Origin: an uncultured Oxalobacteraceae bacterium
GTDB lineage: Bacteria > Pseudomonadota > Gammaproteobacteria > Burkholderiales > Burkholderiaceae_D
NCBI GenBank assembly: GCA_903914535.1
Contig: CAIWPG010000277.1
Coordinates: 393 to 64,392 of the forward strand
Direction of reading: 5' to 3'
Length of the DNA: 64,000 nt
Shown here: positions 1 through 13,794 of the stretch, piece by piece
Position numbering within the stretch: the first letter of the stretch is position 1
Layout of the letters: every line of letters begins with the position of its first letter
Program-made: the position numbers and the translations under genes
The notes under the pieces: model-generated
What the model saw: the letters and a program-made list of their open reading frames with translations, nothing else
The model's database searches: none
What the model was told of the DNA's origin: nothing

Positions 1-3000
1 TCTTTATCCAGCTTTTCAGTTGCGGCGTATCCCCAGAAATCGGTACGCACACGCTCATGTAAATGCTCAGCAAACGCTTCGGCCAGACGGTCCGCAATGG
101 ATTTCAACATAATGCTGCTATAGTCGTCGTTAGCATCTTCAAACCGTTTTTCGTATTTTTCAACACCCAATCCGGCAGTCACCGCAAACAAGCCTATATA
201 GTCAGGTATGCCTGACGATTTAGGGGCAATGAAATCAGCCAGACATTGATTAGGACGTGCGACTCCATTAATAACCGGTTTTTCAGTTTGCTGGCGCACA
301 CCATAATAAGTAAAGGCGACCTGACTGCGCGTTTCATCGGTATACACCTCAATATCGTCATCATTGATACTATTAGCCGGCAACAGGCTAATTACACCAT
401 TTGCACTCAGCCAGCGCCCCTCAATGACTTTTTTCAACATCGCCTGCCCCTCTTCAAAGACACGGCTGGCGGCTTCGCCTACCACGCTGTCAGTAAGAAT
501 CGCGGGGTACGGGCCGGCCAGATCCCAGGTTTGAAAAAACGGGCCCCAATCTATATATTGTGCAATAAGGGACAAATCATAATTTTTAAAAATACGACGA
601 CCGATAAACTTCGGTTTAACCGGCGTACCGGCTCCGTCAAACGCCACTTGCATCTTATTACTACGCGCCTTAGACAGACTTAATAGTGGCACGGTCTTTT
701 TACTGGCATGTGCAACACGAATACGCTCGTAATCAGCGGATAACTCTTCTATATACTGATTACGCTGATCTTTTGCCAATAAGGACTGGGCGACAGAAAC
801 CGAACGGGAAGCATCCGGGACATACACAACAGGTCCATCGTAGTTGGGAGCAATTTTTACGGCGGTATGTGCGCGACTGGTAGTGGCACCACCTATCATC
901 AGTGGCATTTTTATGGCACGGAAGTACGGGTCACGCTGCATTTCTTTGGCGACATAGGCCATTTCTTCCAGTGAAGGCGTGATTAAACCGGATAATCCGA
1001 TGATATCGGCATTTTCCGCTTTTGCCATTGCCAGAATTTCTGAACACGGCACCATGACACCCATATTAACTACTTCAAAGTTATTACATTGCAAGACGAC
1101 TGAAACGATATTTTTTCCAATATCGTGTACATCACCCTTAACGGTGGCAATTACAATTTTGCCTTTCGGCTTATTATCGCCGGAGCGTTTTTTCTCGGCT
1201 TCGATAAACGGCAAAAGATGCGCAACAGCCTGTTTCATCACCCGGGCAGATTTAACCACCTGAGGTAAAAACATTTTTCCCTGTCCAAACAAGTCGCCGA
1301 CCACATTCATGCCATCCATTAACGGGCCTTCGATCACCTGAATAGGTAAGGCAAATCCCTGACGCGCTTCTTCTGTATCTTCCACTATCCATTGAGTAAT
1401 ACCGTGCACCATGGCGTGTGCCAGACGCCTGGCAACCGGTTGACTGCGCCATTCCAGTGTGACTTCTTCTTTTTTACCACCAGCCTTGAGTGTAGAAGCA
1501 ATGTCGATCATACGCTCGGTGGCATCGGGTCTGCGATTAAGAACAACATCTTCTACCCGCTCACGCAACTCGGCATCCAGCTCGCTATAAACACCGACCA
1601 TACCCGCATTAACAATACCCATAGTCATACCAGCCTGGATAGCATGATAGAGAAATACGGTATGAATCGCTTCACGTGCGGGGTCATTACCACGGAAACT
1701 AAAACTGACATTAGAAACCCCGCCGCTGATTTTAGCGCCGGGCAAATTATCCCGTATCCATTGTGTGGCATTGATAAAATCAACGGCGTAATTATTGTGT
1801 TCTTCAATACCGGTAGCAATCGCGAAAATATTCGGATCGAAAATAATATCTTCAGGATCAAAAGCTAGTTGCTGAGTTAGCAACAAATACGCGCGCTGGC
1901 AAATTTCAGTTTTCCGCTCATAGGTGTCAGCCTGACCTTTTTCATCAAAAGCCATCACGATCACGGCAGCACCATAACGTTTACACAGGCTGGCCTGACG
2001 CAAAAATTCAGCCTCACCTTCTTTCATAGAAATCGAATTAACAATAGCTTTACCCTGGACACATTTCAGCCCGGCTTCAATGACTGACCATTTCGATGAA
2101 TCTATCATGAGAGGCACGCGCGCAATATCCGGCTCAGAAGCGATCAGATTCAGAAAGCGCACCATGGCAGCCTGTGAATCCAGCATTGCCTCATCCATAT
2201 TAATATCGATAATCTGCGCACCATTTTCTACTTGCTGCCGTGCTACCGCCAACGCTTCGTCATACTGCTCATTTAAAATTAAACGGGCAAAAGCTTTAGA
2301 TCCGGTGACATTAGTGCGCTCGCCCACATTAACGAACAGTGAACTGTCATCAATCACAAAAGGCTCCAGCCCGGACAGACGCATAACTGCAGGCACATCC
2401 GGAATTTGACGGGGTGCTATATTTTTTACTGCATCCGCAATCGCTTTAATGTGCGCAGGCGTAGTCCCACAGCAGCCGCCTGCAATATTCACGAAGCCAC
2501 TTTCAGCAAACTCCAGCACCAGTGATGAAGTTACTTCCGGAGTTTCATCAAAACCGGTGTCACTCATTGGATTTGGCAAACCGGCATTAGGATAAATGCA
2601 CACGTAAGTATCCGCAATTTTGGATAACTCTTCTGCATAAGGCCGCATCAGCGTAGCACCCAATGCACAGTTCAAACCAATAGTAACTGGTTTAATGTGC
2701 CGCACCGAATTCCAAAATGCAGGAACGGTTTGTCCGGACAAAATACGCCCGGAAGCATCCGTTACCGTACCAGAGATCATTACAGGTAAACGCTGTCCGG
2801 TAGTTTCAAAAAACTGAGAAATAGCGAATAACGCCGCCTTACAGTTCAAGGTATCAAAAATGGTTTCGACCAGCAGTACATCTGCTCCGCCTTCGACCAA
2901 TCCACGGGTTTGTTCTGAATAGGCAGTAACTAACTGATCAAATGTAACGTTACGTGCTGCCGGATCGTTCACATCCGGTGAAATTGATGCTGTTTTAGGG

Positions 3001-3437
3001 GTCGGGCCTAAAGCGCCCGCCACAAAACGCGGTTTATCCGGCGTGCTGTACTTATCACAGGCGGTACGTGCTAACTTTGCGGCGACCACATTCATTTCAT
3101 AGGCAAGACTGCCCATGTGGTAATCATCTTGCGCAATTGTCGTCGCACCAAATGTATTTGTTTCGATTAAATCAGCGCCCGCAGCCAGATACTGTTCATG
3201 CACTTCTGTAATAATGTGGGGTTGTGTCAGCGTGAGTAACTCGTTGTTTCCTTTAACGAATAATTCACGTCCAGTTCCGGTAAAGTCTTTAAACCGCTCT
3301 CCGCGATAATCGGCTTCGCTTAATTTATATTGCTGAATCATCGTACCCATTGCACCATCTAAAATCAAAATGCGGCGCGAGAGTATGTCACGGAGTAAAA
3401 TTTCGGTGGAGCAGAGGGAGGCGGTCGTCATAGTCAT
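1..3437 (-). CDS. metH: B12-dependent methionine synthase MetH; 3' end runs off the window
   Basis: Missing from the ORF track (no stop in window). Hand translation gives [34 protein letters not shown], the cobalamin motif [11 protein letters not shown] and [17 protein letters not shown]; the two ends are in the same frame. Start ATG 3437 or 3431. Confidence 0.97.
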   Translation of the reverse strand, partial: MTMTTASLCSTEILLRDILSRRILILDGAMGTMIQQYKLSEADYRGERFKDFTGTGRELFVKGNNELLTLTQPHIITEVHEQYLAAGADLIETNTFGATTIAQDDYHMGSLAYEMNVVAAKLARTACDKYSTPDKPRFVAGALGPTPKTASISPDVNDPAARNVTFDQLVTAYSEQTRGLVEGGADVLLVETIFDTLNCKAALFAISQFFETTGQRLPVMISGTVTDASGRILSGQTVPAFWNSVRHIKPVTIGLNCALGATLMRPYAEELSKIADTYVCIYPNAGLPNPMSDTGFDETPEVTSSLVLEFAESGFVNIAGGCCGTTPAHIKAIADAVKNIAPRQIPDVPAVMRLSGLEPFVIDDSSLFVNVGERTNVTGSKAFARLILNEQYDEALAVARQQVENGAQIIDINMDEAMLDSQAAMVRFLNLIASEPDIARVPLMIDSSKWSVIEAGLKCVQGKAIVNSISMKEGEAEFLRQASLCKRYGAAVIVMAFDEKGQADTYERKTEICQRAYLLLTQQLAFDPEDIIFDPNIFAIATGIEEHNNYAVDFINATQWIRDNLPGAKISGGVSNVSFSFRGNDPAREAIHTVFLYHAIQAGMTMGIVNAGMVGVYSELDAELRERVEDVVLNRRPDATERMIDIASTLKAGGKKEEVTLEWRSQPVARRLAHAMVHGITQWIVEDTEEARQGFALPIQVIEGPLMDGMNVVGDLFGQGKMFLPQVVKSARVMKQAVAHLLPFIEAEKKRSGDNKPKGKIVIATVKGDVHDIGKNIVSVVLQCNNFEVVNMGVMVPCSEILAMAKAENADIIGLSGLITPSLEEMAYVAKEMQRDPYFRAIKMPLMIGGATTSRAHTAVKIAPNYDGPVVYVPDASRSVSVAQSLLAKDQRNQYIEELSADYERIRVAHASKKTVPLLSLSKARSNKMQVAFDGAGTPVKPKFIGRRIFKNYDLSLIAQYIDWGPFFQTWDLAGPYPAILTDSVVGEAASRVFEEGQAMLKKVIEGRWLSANGVISLLPANSINDDDIEVYTDETRSQVAFTYYGVRQQTEKPVINGVARPNQCLADFIAPKSSGIPDYIGLFAVTAGLGVEKYEKRFEDANDDYSSIMLKSIADRLAEAFAEHLHERVRTDFWGYAATEKLDK

Positions 3438-3445
3438 CACTTATT

Positions 3446-3495
3446 AAAAAACCCGGCCAGCAAAGGTCGATCGGACAAGATCAGGCAAGCCGGGT
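3446..3495 (-). terminator. Terminator-like stem plus U-tract in the metH leader (riboswitch expression platform)
   Basis: ACCCGGC...GCCGGGU followed by UUUUU, ending ~8 nt before the start codon; large partly paired loop. Confidence 0.5.
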
Positions 3496-3521
3496 AATAA
3501 GTAAGAAAGGAGCTGGAATCA

Positions 3522-3574
3522 CCTGTTTAGCTGGACTTATTACGCGCCCGCAATCTGAGTCTCAAATCGGCGCC
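3522..3574 (-). ncRNA. SAM-II class riboswitch aptamer upstream of metH
   Basis: Minus strand GGCGCCGAUUUGAGACUCAGAUUGCGGGCGCGUAAUAAGUCCAGCUAAACAGG has the SAM-II pattern: P1 GCGCC/GGCGC, GAUUU loop, UUGC, A-rich linker, GCUAAA. It lies just downstream of a TATAAT (3588-3593) and upstream of a methionine gene. Confidence 0.8.
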
Positions 3575-3633
3575 GGGGAAGCGGATTATTATACTTCAAT
3601 CCACCCAAGTGCATCACCGTATCGGCTGCCACC

Positions 3634-4587
3634 TTATTGTTCATTCGGTGCCGTTCTGCATAAACTAACCGAGACCGAACCCAAAATAAGTGCCGCAATA
3701 ACGCTCAGCGAAGCCTCTGTTGAAATATGCCACCACGCAGCCAATAGCATTTTTCCTCCTACAAACATTAATACTGCGGCCAGGCCATATTTTAAATAGT
3801 GAAAACGATTTGCCATATCTGCCAGCAAAAAATACAAAGCACGCAGCCCCATAATGGCAAAGATATTGGATGTAAACACAATAAACGGATCTGTAGTGAC
3901 CGCAAAAATAGCAGGTATGGAATCAACAGCAAACACGACATCAGATACTTCTATCAGTATCAGTACCAACAAAAGCGGAGTAAAGATACGTCTGCCGTGC
4001 TCAGTAACGCTAAATTTGTCCTGTCTGAAATCATTTGTCAGTGGCAAAAATTTACGTACCAGTCGCAACACAGCATTATTACTCAGGTCGGGCTCTTTTT
4101 CTGCATCCCACACCATCTTAAAACCGGTTATCAGTAAAAATACGCCAAACACATAGAGAATCCAGCTAAATTGCGCCACAACCCACACGCCTGCCAGGAT
4201 CATTCCGATACGCATGACAATAGCCCCTAATACACCGTACAACAAGACTTTGCGCTGATATTCTGCCGGCACTGAAAATTGGCTGAAAATAAGTAAAAAA
4301 ACAAATACATTATCTACCGACAATGACTTCTCAATCACATAGCCCGCTAAAAATTCCATTGCAACTATTTTAGCCTGTGCTGCACCGACCGTTGTGGATA
4401 AGTAGTACCACAGCCCGAAATCAAACAACAATGCCAGGCTCACCCATATTAATGACCATGTTGCAGCCTGCCGGGTACTCATTTTTTTTGCTGAATTCCC
4501 GCCCATGGCAAACATATCCACAGCCAGCATGAAGATAATGAATAAAATGAAAATGCCCCACATCCAGGGTTGTGCAATCGTGTGCAT
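3634..4587 (-). CDS. TerC/Alx family membrane protein
   Basis: Motifs YVIEKSLSVDNVFVF, QRKVLLYGVLGAIVMR, DVVFAVDSIPAIFAVT, TSNIFAIMGLRALYF. Confidence 0.95.
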   Translation of the reverse strand: MHTIAQPWMWGIFILFIIFMLAVDMFAMGGNSAKKMSTRQAATWSLIWVSLALLFDFGLWYYLSTTVGAAQAKIVAMEFLAGYVIEKSLSVDNVFVFLLIFSQFSVPAEYQRKVLLYGVLGAIVMRIGMILAGVWVVAQFSWILYVFGVFLLITGFKMVWDAEKEPDLSNNAVLRLVRKFLPLTNDFRQDKFSVTEHGRRIFTPLLLVLILIEVSDVVFAVDSIPAIFAVTTDPFIVFTSNIFAIMGLRALYFLLADMANRFHYLKYGLAAVLMFVGGKMLLAAWWHISTEASLSVIAALILGSVSVSLCRTAPNEQ

Positions 4588-4589
4588 AA

Positions 4590-4802
4590 TTATTTCCTCA
4601 GGCGATTACTTACTAACCAGTGTAGTTCACGTAATGCCATATGAATTAGCTGCCGGACAGATCTGTGCCTAACACCAGGCCAAAACCAGGATTGTTTTTT
4701 TTGCACCAATTCACCGTGCATAGGCGCAACTACCTCATTATTTATTTCCCTAAAACACACTGTTTCCACGTCACCGGTCTTCGCCCGTAATGCTGGCTTC
4801 AT
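4590..4802 (-). CDS. Small hypothetical protein (~70 aa) directly upstream of the TerC gene
   Basis: ATG 4802 has a GAGG SD at 7-nt spacing; its 3' end carries the TerC SD and stops 2 nt before the TerC ATG. Confidence 0.5.
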   Translation of the reverse strand: MKPALRAKTGDVETVCFREINNEVVAPMHGELVQKKQSWFWPGVRHRSVRQLIHMALRELHWLVSNRLRK

Positions 4803-4928
4803 TACATTACCTCGTATTGTCATTTTGGATGTGCTAGTTTAACCTCTACAAATTATCAATAAAAGTCGAATTAATTTTCAATATTCATCGTAAAAAATTG
4901 ATTTTCAATAGAAAAACTACTCACTATC

Positions 4929-5837
4929 ATGGCAACAATTAACTTCAAACATCTTTATTATTTTTGGGTCGTTGCCAAGTCTGGCAGCATTATATCCGCT
5001 AGTAAGCGCCTACACCTTACACCACAGACTATCAGCGCACAAATTAATCTATTTGAAGAAACACAAAAAGAAAAACTTTTTCTTAAGTCAGGACGCAACC
5101 TGACACTGAGCGAATCTGGCCGCATGGTATTGAACTATGCTGAAGAAATTTTCTCTCTCGGGCAAGAATTAGAAGAAATACTACAACATCACCCGACATC
5201 GCGCAGCCTGCTGCTGCGTGTAGGAATTTCGGATGCTGTGCCAAAATCATTGGCATACAAATTGCTTGAGCCAGCATTGAAACTATCTCAGACATTACGA
5301 ATTAATTGCAGAGAAGGGAAGGTAGAAACATTACTGGCGGAGCTTGCAGCGCACAAACTGGATGTTGTCATCAGCGATGGCCCTATGCCACCTACGCTGA
5401 ATGTACGTGGCTACAGTCATTTTTTATGCCAAAGTAATATCGGTTTTTTTGCAACACCCGAGTTATCACAACAATGGAGCAAACCATTTCCAGATTGTCT
5501 GCATGGTGCGCCGCTATTACTTCAGGGTGAAGACACAGCGGTCAGGTCGCGATTGGTGCATTGGCTATCCAGCCTGGGGATAAGGCCACGAGTTGCGGGG
5601 GAATTTGATGATGGCGCTTTATTAATGGCGTTTGGAAAAGCAGGTACCGGTTTTTTTTCTGCCCCTACCCTCATTGCTGATTTAGTTAAACAACAGTATA
5701 TGGTGGAACAAATTGGGACCTGCAGTGCAGTTCAGGAACGATTTTATGCGATTTCAATTGAACGCAAAATCAGCCATCCCGCAGTAATAGCAATTCAACA
5801 AGCAGCGGTACAGGCGAGCCCGAACGACTCATTTTAA
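4929..5837 (+). CDS. nhaR: LysR-family activator, NhaR type
   Basis: INFKHLYYFWVVAKSGSI...LHLTPQTISAQI HTH; GEFDDGALLMAFG; ERKISHPAV. Confidence 0.9.
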   Translation: MATINFKHLYYFWVVAKSGSIISASKRLHLTPQTISAQINLFEETQKEKLFLKSGRNLTLSESGRMVLNYAEEIFSLGQELEEILQHHPTSRSLLLRVGISDAVPKSLAYKLLEPALKLSQTLRINCREGKVETLLAELAAHKLDVVISDGPMPPTLNVRGYSHFLCQSNIGFFATPELSQQWSKPFPDCLHGAPLLLQGEDTAVRSRLVHWLSSLGIRPRVAGEFDDGALLMAFGKAGTGFFSAPTLIADLVKQQYMVEQIGTCSAVQERFYAISIERKISHPAVIAIQQAAVQASPNDSF

Positions 5838-6134
5838 TTTAACTAGTATTAAGATCAACATTAAACGTTGCCTTGAGGTAAATCATTATGACTAACTCAG
5901 CACCAATTACAATCGACTTTGCTTAGAGTACAAAACAGCCAGATTCCTTCCCAGATTCATTTAAATAAATTCATCAATAACATTTAAATGATGCCATTTT
6001 ATTTTTAATTTCATTTTAAGCAAAATCACTAGCAATAAATAATAACAATCAACTCAGCTTAGTTAGTAACTATACGAGGTATTGAATAATGAATAGTGAA
6101 TTAATTTTAGTACATTTTCAACGAAGGAAATACT

Positions 6135-7826
6135 ATGCGCACTAATATGCCCGTTACCAACCGGGAATATGTGATTGACTCTTCTACCACGATAGTCTCA
6201 AAAACCGATCTCCACGGAAATATTACCTATATAAACCAAGAGTTCATCCAAGTTAGCGGATTTAGCGAATCCGAGTTAATCGGGGCGCCACAAAATATTA
6301 TTCGACACCCGGATATGCCAGAAGAAGCATTTGAAGATCTGTGGCGCACACTAAAGAATGGAAAATGCTGGACCGGGTTAGTGAAAAATCGCTGCAAAAA
6401 CGGCGATCACTACTGGGTCGAAGCTACCGCGTCTCCCGTAATGGAGAACGGCACGGTGACCGGCTACACATCAATCCGGGTTGCGCCTGACCGAAATCAG
6501 ATCAATGCCGCAGAAACTGCCTACCGGTCTCTTAAGGACGGCAATAAAAATATCACTATCCACGAAGGAAATGCACGATCTGCATCATTATTTTATGCGG
6601 ATGAATTTTTTGCTGCAATTTCTCTTAAAACAAAACTGACTACCTTTACCCTGCTGTCCACCCTGTTATTCGCCGCTACCGCAGCCGCAATCGAATTTGG
6701 AGGTAGCAGTGCGACACCAATCGCCGTTGGATTGGCATCCGTCGGAGTCCTTTGTACTATCATCTTTTTCATGATCATATCCAGATCAATTATTCGCCCG
6801 CTGGAACAAGCTGCGCTTGATATTGAAGCAATGAGCGAAGGTGATTTATCCGGACGAATCAGCTCCAACAGCAACGATGAGATCGGAATACTAACGCAAT
6901 CATTACGCATTCTGCAAACCAACATTAAACTGCTCATAGGTCAGATCCATGAATCAACGTTACAGGTAACCAATGGCGCTAATGAGATTGCCAACGGTAG
7001 TTTTGATTTATCCGAACGTACTGAATCTCAAGCCAGTTCACTGGAACAAACAGCGGCATCAATGGAACAACTGACTTCTACTGTGAAGCAAAATGCAGAG
7101 AACGCCAAAGAAGCGAATCAATTAGTTCTTGATACCAGCCAAACAGCAGCCCACGGCGGAGAAGACGTTAATCAGGTAATCAACACGATGGCATCTATCA
7201 AGAAGAGCTCTGGAAAAATTTCTGAAATTATCGGTGTAATTGACGGAATCGCTTTTCAAACTAATATTCTGGCCCTTAATGCTGCGGTAGAAGCAGCCCG
7301 TGCAGGAGAACAGGGGCGCGGTTTTGCGGTGGTTGCATCCGAGGTACGTACGCTGGCGCAACGCAGTGCCAGTGCAGCGAAAGAAATAAAAATCTTAATT
7401 AATGATTCCGTCGATGCTGTCGACGCAGGCGGAACTCTGGTCGACGATGCGGGTACAACCATGAGTGACATTGTGCGACAAATCAAGCGCGTCTCCGATC
7501 TCATGGCAGATATTACTTACGCAGGGCAAGAACAAAGTGCCGGTATCGAACAGGTCAACCAGGCCATTATTCAGATGGATGCAATGACACAGCAAAATGC
7601 GGCAATGGTCGAACAGGCGACAGCTGCATCACAAAGCTTAAAAAATCAGGCAGAAGCTCTGGTTAATCTGGTAAACACATTCCGGCTTGTACGGAGCACA
7701 GACGGGCGAGGAAACTCAAACCGGCAGACAGCTGAAAATCGCTTGCATATCGTTAGCTCTTCGGAATATGAGTTAAATGATGAATCAGATAAAAATAACG
7801 ATACATTACAACGCAGATATGGCTGA
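6135..7826 (+). CDS. aer: Aer-type chemoreceptor (PAS-TM-HAMP-MCP signalling domain)
   Basis: [30 protein letters not shown] (FAD-PAS); [30 protein letters not shown] signalling tip. Confidence 0.92.
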   Translation: MRTNMPVTNREYVIDSSTTIVSKTDLHGNITYINQEFIQVSGFSESELIGAPQNIIRHPDMPEEAFEDLWRTLKNGKCWTGLVKNRCKNGDHYWVEATASPVMENGTVTGYTSIRVAPDRNQINAAETAYRSLKDGNKNITIHEGNARSASLFYADEFFAAISLKTKLTTFTLLSTLLFAATAAAIEFGGSSATPIAVGLASVGVLCTIIFFMIISRSIIRPLEQAALDIEAMSEGDLSGRISSNSNDEIGILTQSLRILQTNIKLLIGQIHESTLQVTNGANEIANGSFDLSERTESQASSLEQTAASMEQLTSTVKQNAENAKEANQLVLDTSQTAAHGGEDVNQVINTMASIKKSSGKISEIIGVIDGIAFQTNILALNAAVEAARAGEQGRGFAVVASEVRTLAQRSASAAKEIKILINDSVDAVDAGGTLVDDAGTTMSDIVRQIKRVSDLMADITYAGQEQSAGIEQVNQAIIQMDAMTQQNAAMVEQATAASQSLKNQAEALVNLVNTFRLVRSTDGRGNSNRQTAENRLHIVSSSEYELNDESDKNNDTLQRRYG

Positions 7827-7870
7827 AATTAACACTAAAATTACTAAAGAAATTTATCAGCGGAATTAAT

Positions 7871-7898
7871 AAAAAAGGCAGCCAGAGCTGCCTTTTTT
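7871..7898. terminator. Bidirectional intrinsic terminator between aer and atpC
   Basis: AAAAAAGGCAGC-CAGA-GCTGCCTTTTTT between convergent genes. Confidence 0.9.
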
Positions 7899-7941
7899 AT
7901 TTACTTCATTTGCCGTAAAAATTACCGTTACGCTGGTAATT

Positions 7942-8364
7942 TTAACGCATCCGGCGTAACCGGTGAATTGTCGCTAACTGTGCCATAGCGACAGCCAGTT
8001 CAGACTGCGCTTGCGCAAAGTCCAGATTGGTATCACGATTAGCCAAAGATTCTTCTGCGCGTTTCTTCGCTTCAGTCGCTTTAGCTTCGTCGAGTTCGGC
8101 ACCGCGAATTGCCGTATCTGCTAATACGATTACCGCATGTGGCTGCACTTCCAGCAAGCCGCCAGCCACGAAGACAAGCACATCTTCTGCCTGACCCGGA
8201 ACTTTAATGCGTACAGCACCTGGTTTGATGCGTGTGATTAACGGTGTATGTTGAGGATAAATTCCCAACTCCCCTGCTTCACCTGGCAATGCGACAAATT
8301 CGGCCAAACCGGAGAAGATCTCTTCTTCTGCGGATACCACGTCAACTTGAATAGTGTGTGCCAT
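7942..8364 (-). CDS. atpC: ATP synthase F1 epsilon
   Basis: [13 protein letters not shown]...[12 protein letters not shown]; operon position. Confidence 0.98.
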   Translation of the reverse strand: MAHTIQVDVVSAEEEIFSGLAEFVALPGEAGELGIYPQHTPLITRIKPGAVRIKVPGQAEDVLVFVAGGLLEVQPHAVIVLADTAIRGAELDEAKATEAKKRAEESLANRDTNLDFAQAQSELAVAMAQLATIHRLRRMR

Positions 8365-8439
8365 GTTGGAACCTTATGAAAAACGATAAAGATCGCAAAA
8401 CGAAGACTGAGCTACCTTTAACGGTAGCTCAAAACAGCA

Positions 8440-9840
<1,401 letters not shown>

Positions 9841-9876
9841 TTAGTTACTTTATAATCCGACCCGTTTCGGCAAAAT

Positions 9877-10746
9877 CTAGACCGCTGCCGCACCAGCTAC
9901 AATTTCGGAAAGCTCTTTGGTAATCGCTGCTTGACGAGTTTTGTTGTAAATCAACTTCAACTCACCAATCACACTACCTGCGTTATCGCTGGCAGACTTC
10001 ATCGCCACCATACGGGCCGACTGTTCTGACGCCATGTTTTCCGCAACACCTTGGTAGATTTGCGCTTCAACATAACGAACCAGCAATTCATCAATCACCG
10101 TTTGAGCATCTGGTTCGTACAGGTAATCCCACGAATGGTTTTCCGGTTTAACTTCCAGTTTGTCAGCTGTCAGTGGCAGCAATTGCTCCACTTTCGGCTC
10201 TTGCTTCATCGTATTGATGAACTTGGTATAACACAGGTAAACCGCATCCAGTTTTCCATCTTGATACGCATCCAGCAAAACTTTTACCGGGCCAATCAAT
10301 TTGTCTAAATGTGGTGTATCACCGAGTTGTACCACTTGTGCTGATACCCTGGCACCCATCCGGTTTAAAAAGCCTAAGCCTTTATTACCGATTGCCACGG
10401 TTTCAATTTTGCATCCCTGTCCTTCGGCTTCACGTAGCTTATTGGTTACCAAACGCAATACGTTGGTATTCAAACCGCCACACAAGCCCTTGTCAGTGGT
10501 TACAACGATCAGGCCAATTGCTTTAGCCTGATCTTGCTTGACCAAGAAAGGATGGGTGTATTCCGGATTTGCCTGTGACAAGTTCGCAGCAATGATACGA
10601 ATTTTTTCACTATAAGGCCGGGCTGCACGCATACGTTCCTGCGCTTTACGCATCTTCGATGCGGCAACCATTTCCATCGCCTTTGTGATCTTTTTCGTAT
10701 TTTCTACGCTTTTGATCTTGCCACGTATCTCTTTACCGACAGCCAT
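9877..10746 (-). CDS. atpG: ATP synthase F1 gamma
   Basis: [18 protein letters not shown]; [16 protein letters not shown]. Confidence 0.99.
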   Translation of the reverse strand: MAVGKEIRGKIKSVENTKKITKAMEMVAASKMRKAQERMRAARPYSEKIRIIAANLSQANPEYTHPFLVKQDQAKAIGLIVVTTDKGLCGGLNTNVLRLVTNKLREAEGQGCKIETVAIGNKGLGFLNRMGARVSAQVVQLGDTPHLDKLIGPVKVLLDAYQDGKLDAVYLCYTKFINTMKQEPKVEQLLPLTADKLEVKPENHSWDYLYEPDAQTVIDELLVRYVEAQIYQGVAENMASEQSARMVAMKSASDNAGSVIGELKLIYNKTRQAAITKELSEIVAGAAAV

Positions 10747-10772
10747 ATGTGACCCCCTCTAGCTGCAATGAA

Positions 10773-12314
10773 TTAATACGCGCCGGATTTTTTGAAATCA
10801 GCAATCGCTGCGGATAGCAATACTTCGCTGTCTTTATCGAGTTGTTTGGTTTCTTCAATCTTTTGTAAAATGGCTGCGTGGCTGGTTTTCATGAAATCAT
10901 GTACGCCAGCTTCAAAAGCCAAAACTTTCTTAACAGGCAAATCATCCAGGAAACCTTTATTCACGGAGAACAAGGTAACGGCCATCAAAGAAATTGACAA
11001 CGGTGCGTATTGAGCTTGTTTTAACAATTCAGTAACACGGGCACCACGATCCAATTGCTTACGAGTCGCTTCGTCCAGATCAGAAGCAAACTGAGCAAAC
11101 GCAGCCAGTTCACGATACTGAGCCAAATCGGTACGAATACCGCCGGACAGATTTTTAATAACTTTAGTCTGAGCGGCACCACCAACGCGAGACACCGAAA
11201 TACCGGCATTAATCGCAGGACGCACACCAGAGTTAAACAAGGATGTTTCCAGGAAGATCTGACCATCAGTAATCGAAATTACGTTGGTCGGAACGAACGC
11301 GGATACGTCACCTGCCTGAGTTTCAATAATTGGCAATGCTGTCAGTGAACCTGTTTTACCTTTAACTTCACCTTTAGTGAAACGCTCAACGTAATCAGGA
11401 TTCACGCGTGCAGCGCGCTCTAATAAACGGGAGTGGAGGTAGAACACGTCACCAGGGTAAGCTTCACGGCCTGGCGGACGGCGCAACAACAACGATACCT
11501 GACGGTATGCCACAGCTTGCTTGGACAGATCATCGTAGATAATCAATGCATCCTGACCACGGTCACGGAAGTATTCGCCCATAGCACAACCGGAGTAAGC
11601 AGACACATATTGCATCGCTGCTGATTCGGAAGCAGAGGCAGCTACCACGATCGTGTATTCCATTGCGCCGTGTGCTTCTAATGAACGCACAACGTTTTTA
11701 ATGGAAGACGCTTTTTGACCAATCGCTACATAAATACAGGTAACGTTTTGACCTTTTTGATTAATAACGGCATCAATCGCAACGGCAGTTTTACCAGTCT
11801 GACGATCACCAATAATCAATTCACGTTGGCCGCGGCCAACCGGAACCATCGCATCAATTGATTTCAAACCAGTTTGCAGTGGTTCGGATACCGATTGACG
11901 GGCAATAACGCCTGGTGCAATTTTTTCGATAGGAGCGGTCAACTTGGCGTTGATCGGACCTTTACCATCGATAGGCTGACCCAAAGCATTGACCACACGG
12001 CCGCATAATTCAGGGCCAATAGGTACTTCCAGAATACGACCGGTACATTTCACCACGTCGCCTTCGGAGATATGTTCGTAGTCGCCCAGAATAACGGCAC
12101 CTACAGAATCACGCTCCAGATTCAGCGCCAGACCAAACGTATTGCCAGGGAATTCCAGCATCTCGCCTTGCATTGCATCGGATAAACCGTGCACGCGGCA
12201 GATACCGTCGGTAACGGAGATAACCGTACCTTGATTGCGAACTTCAGCGGTGTTGTTAAGGCCTTCGATGCGGCTCTTAATCAGCTCACTGATTTCTGAT
12301 GGGTTGAGTTGCAT
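10773..12314 (-). CDS. atpA: ATP synthase F1 alpha
   Basis: GDRQTGKT; [24 protein letters not shown]. Confidence 0.99.
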   Translation of the reverse strand: MQLNPSEISELIKSRIEGLNNTAEVRNQGTVISVTDGICRVHGLSDAMQGEMLEFPGNTFGLALNLERDSVGAVILGDYEHISEGDVVKCTGRILEVPIGPELCGRVVNALGQPIDGKGPINAKLTAPIEKIAPGVIARQSVSEPLQTGLKSIDAMVPVGRGQRELIIGDRQTGKTAVAIDAVINQKGQNVTCIYVAIGQKASSIKNVVRSLEAHGAMEYTIVVAASASESAAMQYVSAYSGCAMGEYFRDRGQDALIIYDDLSKQAVAYRQVSLLLRRPPGREAYPGDVFYLHSRLLERAARVNPDYVERFTKGEVKGKTGSLTALPIIETQAGDVSAFVPTNVISITDGQIFLETSLFNSGVRPAINAGISVSRVGGAAQTKVIKNLSGGIRTDLAQYRELAAFAQFASDLDEATRKQLDRGARVTELLKQAQYAPLSISLMAVTLFSVNKGFLDDLPVKKVLAFEAGVHDFMKTSHAAILQKIEETKQLDKDSEVLLSAAIADFKKSGAY

Positions 12315-12356
12315 ACTAACTCCTAATATTATTACTTGCTTTTAGGCTTTGCGAGC

Positions 12357-12890
12357 TTAAGCGGTCAAGGCCAACTGCATCTGTTGCAGTTTGGCGCGCA
12401 CCGAGGTATCCAGCACTTCATCACCAACTTCGATCCGCACGCCACCTATCAAGGAAGGGTCGATCGATACGTTTGCCTGAAGTTTGCGGCCAAATTTGGC
12501 TTCCAGATCAGCACATAATTGACTTACCTGTGCTTCTGTCAGCGCAAACGCGCTACTGATAAGAGCATCAGCAGCACCGTCATGGGCATTCTTCAAAACG
12601 TGAAATTGAGCAGCAATTTCCGGCAACACCAGTAAGCGATGATAGCTTGCCAATGTATTAACAAAATTAGTTGCCTGTTCAGTTAGTGGGGACTTCAATG
12701 CAGAGAGAAAAATGCCGGCAGCTGTAGTTGCCGGTATTTTTGGATTCTGCACCATAGCCATAACATCTGGGTGTGCTGCTACTTGTGCCATCTCACCAAC
12801 CACTTCTGCCCAGGCAGTCAGGTTGGTGGATTTTGCCACACGAAATAGCGCCTCAGCATAGGGACGAGCAATCGTTGCGAGTTCAGCCAT
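12357..12890 (-). CDS. atpH: ATP synthase F1 delta
   Basis: [16 protein letters not shown]; DPSLIGG. Confidence 0.98.
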   Translation of the reverse strand: MAELATIARPYAEALFRVAKSTNLTAWAEVVGEMAQVAAHPDVMAMVQNPKIPATTAAGIFLSALKSPLTEQATNFVNTLASYHRLLVLPEIAAQFHVLKNAHDGAADALISSAFALTEAQVSQLCADLEAKFGRKLQANVSIDPSLIGGVRIEVGDEVLDTSVRAKLQQMQLALTA

Positions 12891-12892
12891 GA

Positions 12893-13363
12893 TTACAGCT
12901 CGGTTTTCAATTGGCTCAATAAATCAGCATGAGCTGACGCATTGATTTCGCGTTTCAGAATATGCTCTGCGCCTTTAATCGCTAAACTAGCGACCTGGCC
13001 GCGCAATTCATCGCGTGCTTTGGTTACTTGCTGTTCAGCATCTGCCTTAGCAGCGGCAAGAATACGCGCTGCTTCGTCGGAAGCTGTCTGTCTGGCTTCA
13101 TCGATAATCAGCTGAGCGCGTTTTTCAGCGTCGCCGATACGTTTCTGCCCTTCATCATGCGCACCAGCCAATTCAGCTTGTACACGTTTTTCTGCTGCTT
13201 TCATTTCTGCCTTGCCACGCTCTGCTGCGGCTAAGCCGTCTGCAATTTTCTGTGCGCGCTCATCGAGCGCTTTCATCATTGGCGGCCACACAAACTTCAT
13301 TGTGAAACCTGCCAAGATGAAGAAAACCACAAACTGAACAATTAAAGTTGCATTAAGGTCCAT
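12893..13363 (-). CDS. atpF: ATP synthase Fo subunit b
   Basis: MDLNATL...FVWPP TM followed by coiled coil. Confidence 0.98.
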   Translation of the reverse strand: MDLNATLIVQFVVFFILAGFTMKFVWPPMMKALDERAQKIADGLAAAERGKAEMKAAEKRVQAELAGAHDEGQKRIGDAEKRAQLIIDEARQTASDEAARILAAAKADAEQQVTKARDELRGQVASLAIKGAEHILKREINASAHADLLSQLKTEL

Positions 13364-13438
13364 GGTAATTCCTTATCTATATAGTTCTAACCGCACACTG
13401 AAGTGAATACTTCAGGTAGGCGACCAAGGAAAACCGAT

Positions 13439-13747
<309 letters not shown>

Positions 13748-13794
13748 TTACAAACATATCTGGCAGGAGTTCATCCTGCACAGATTATTTATAA

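Noticed and set aside
246-2409. Plus-strand ORFs of 65-158 aa in the track
   Set aside because: Antisense shadows of metH, which occupies the minus strand.
2300-2480. Possible split of metH into two genes, as in some Burkholderiales
   Set aside because: The frame reads through the Hcy/pterin domain junction without a stop.
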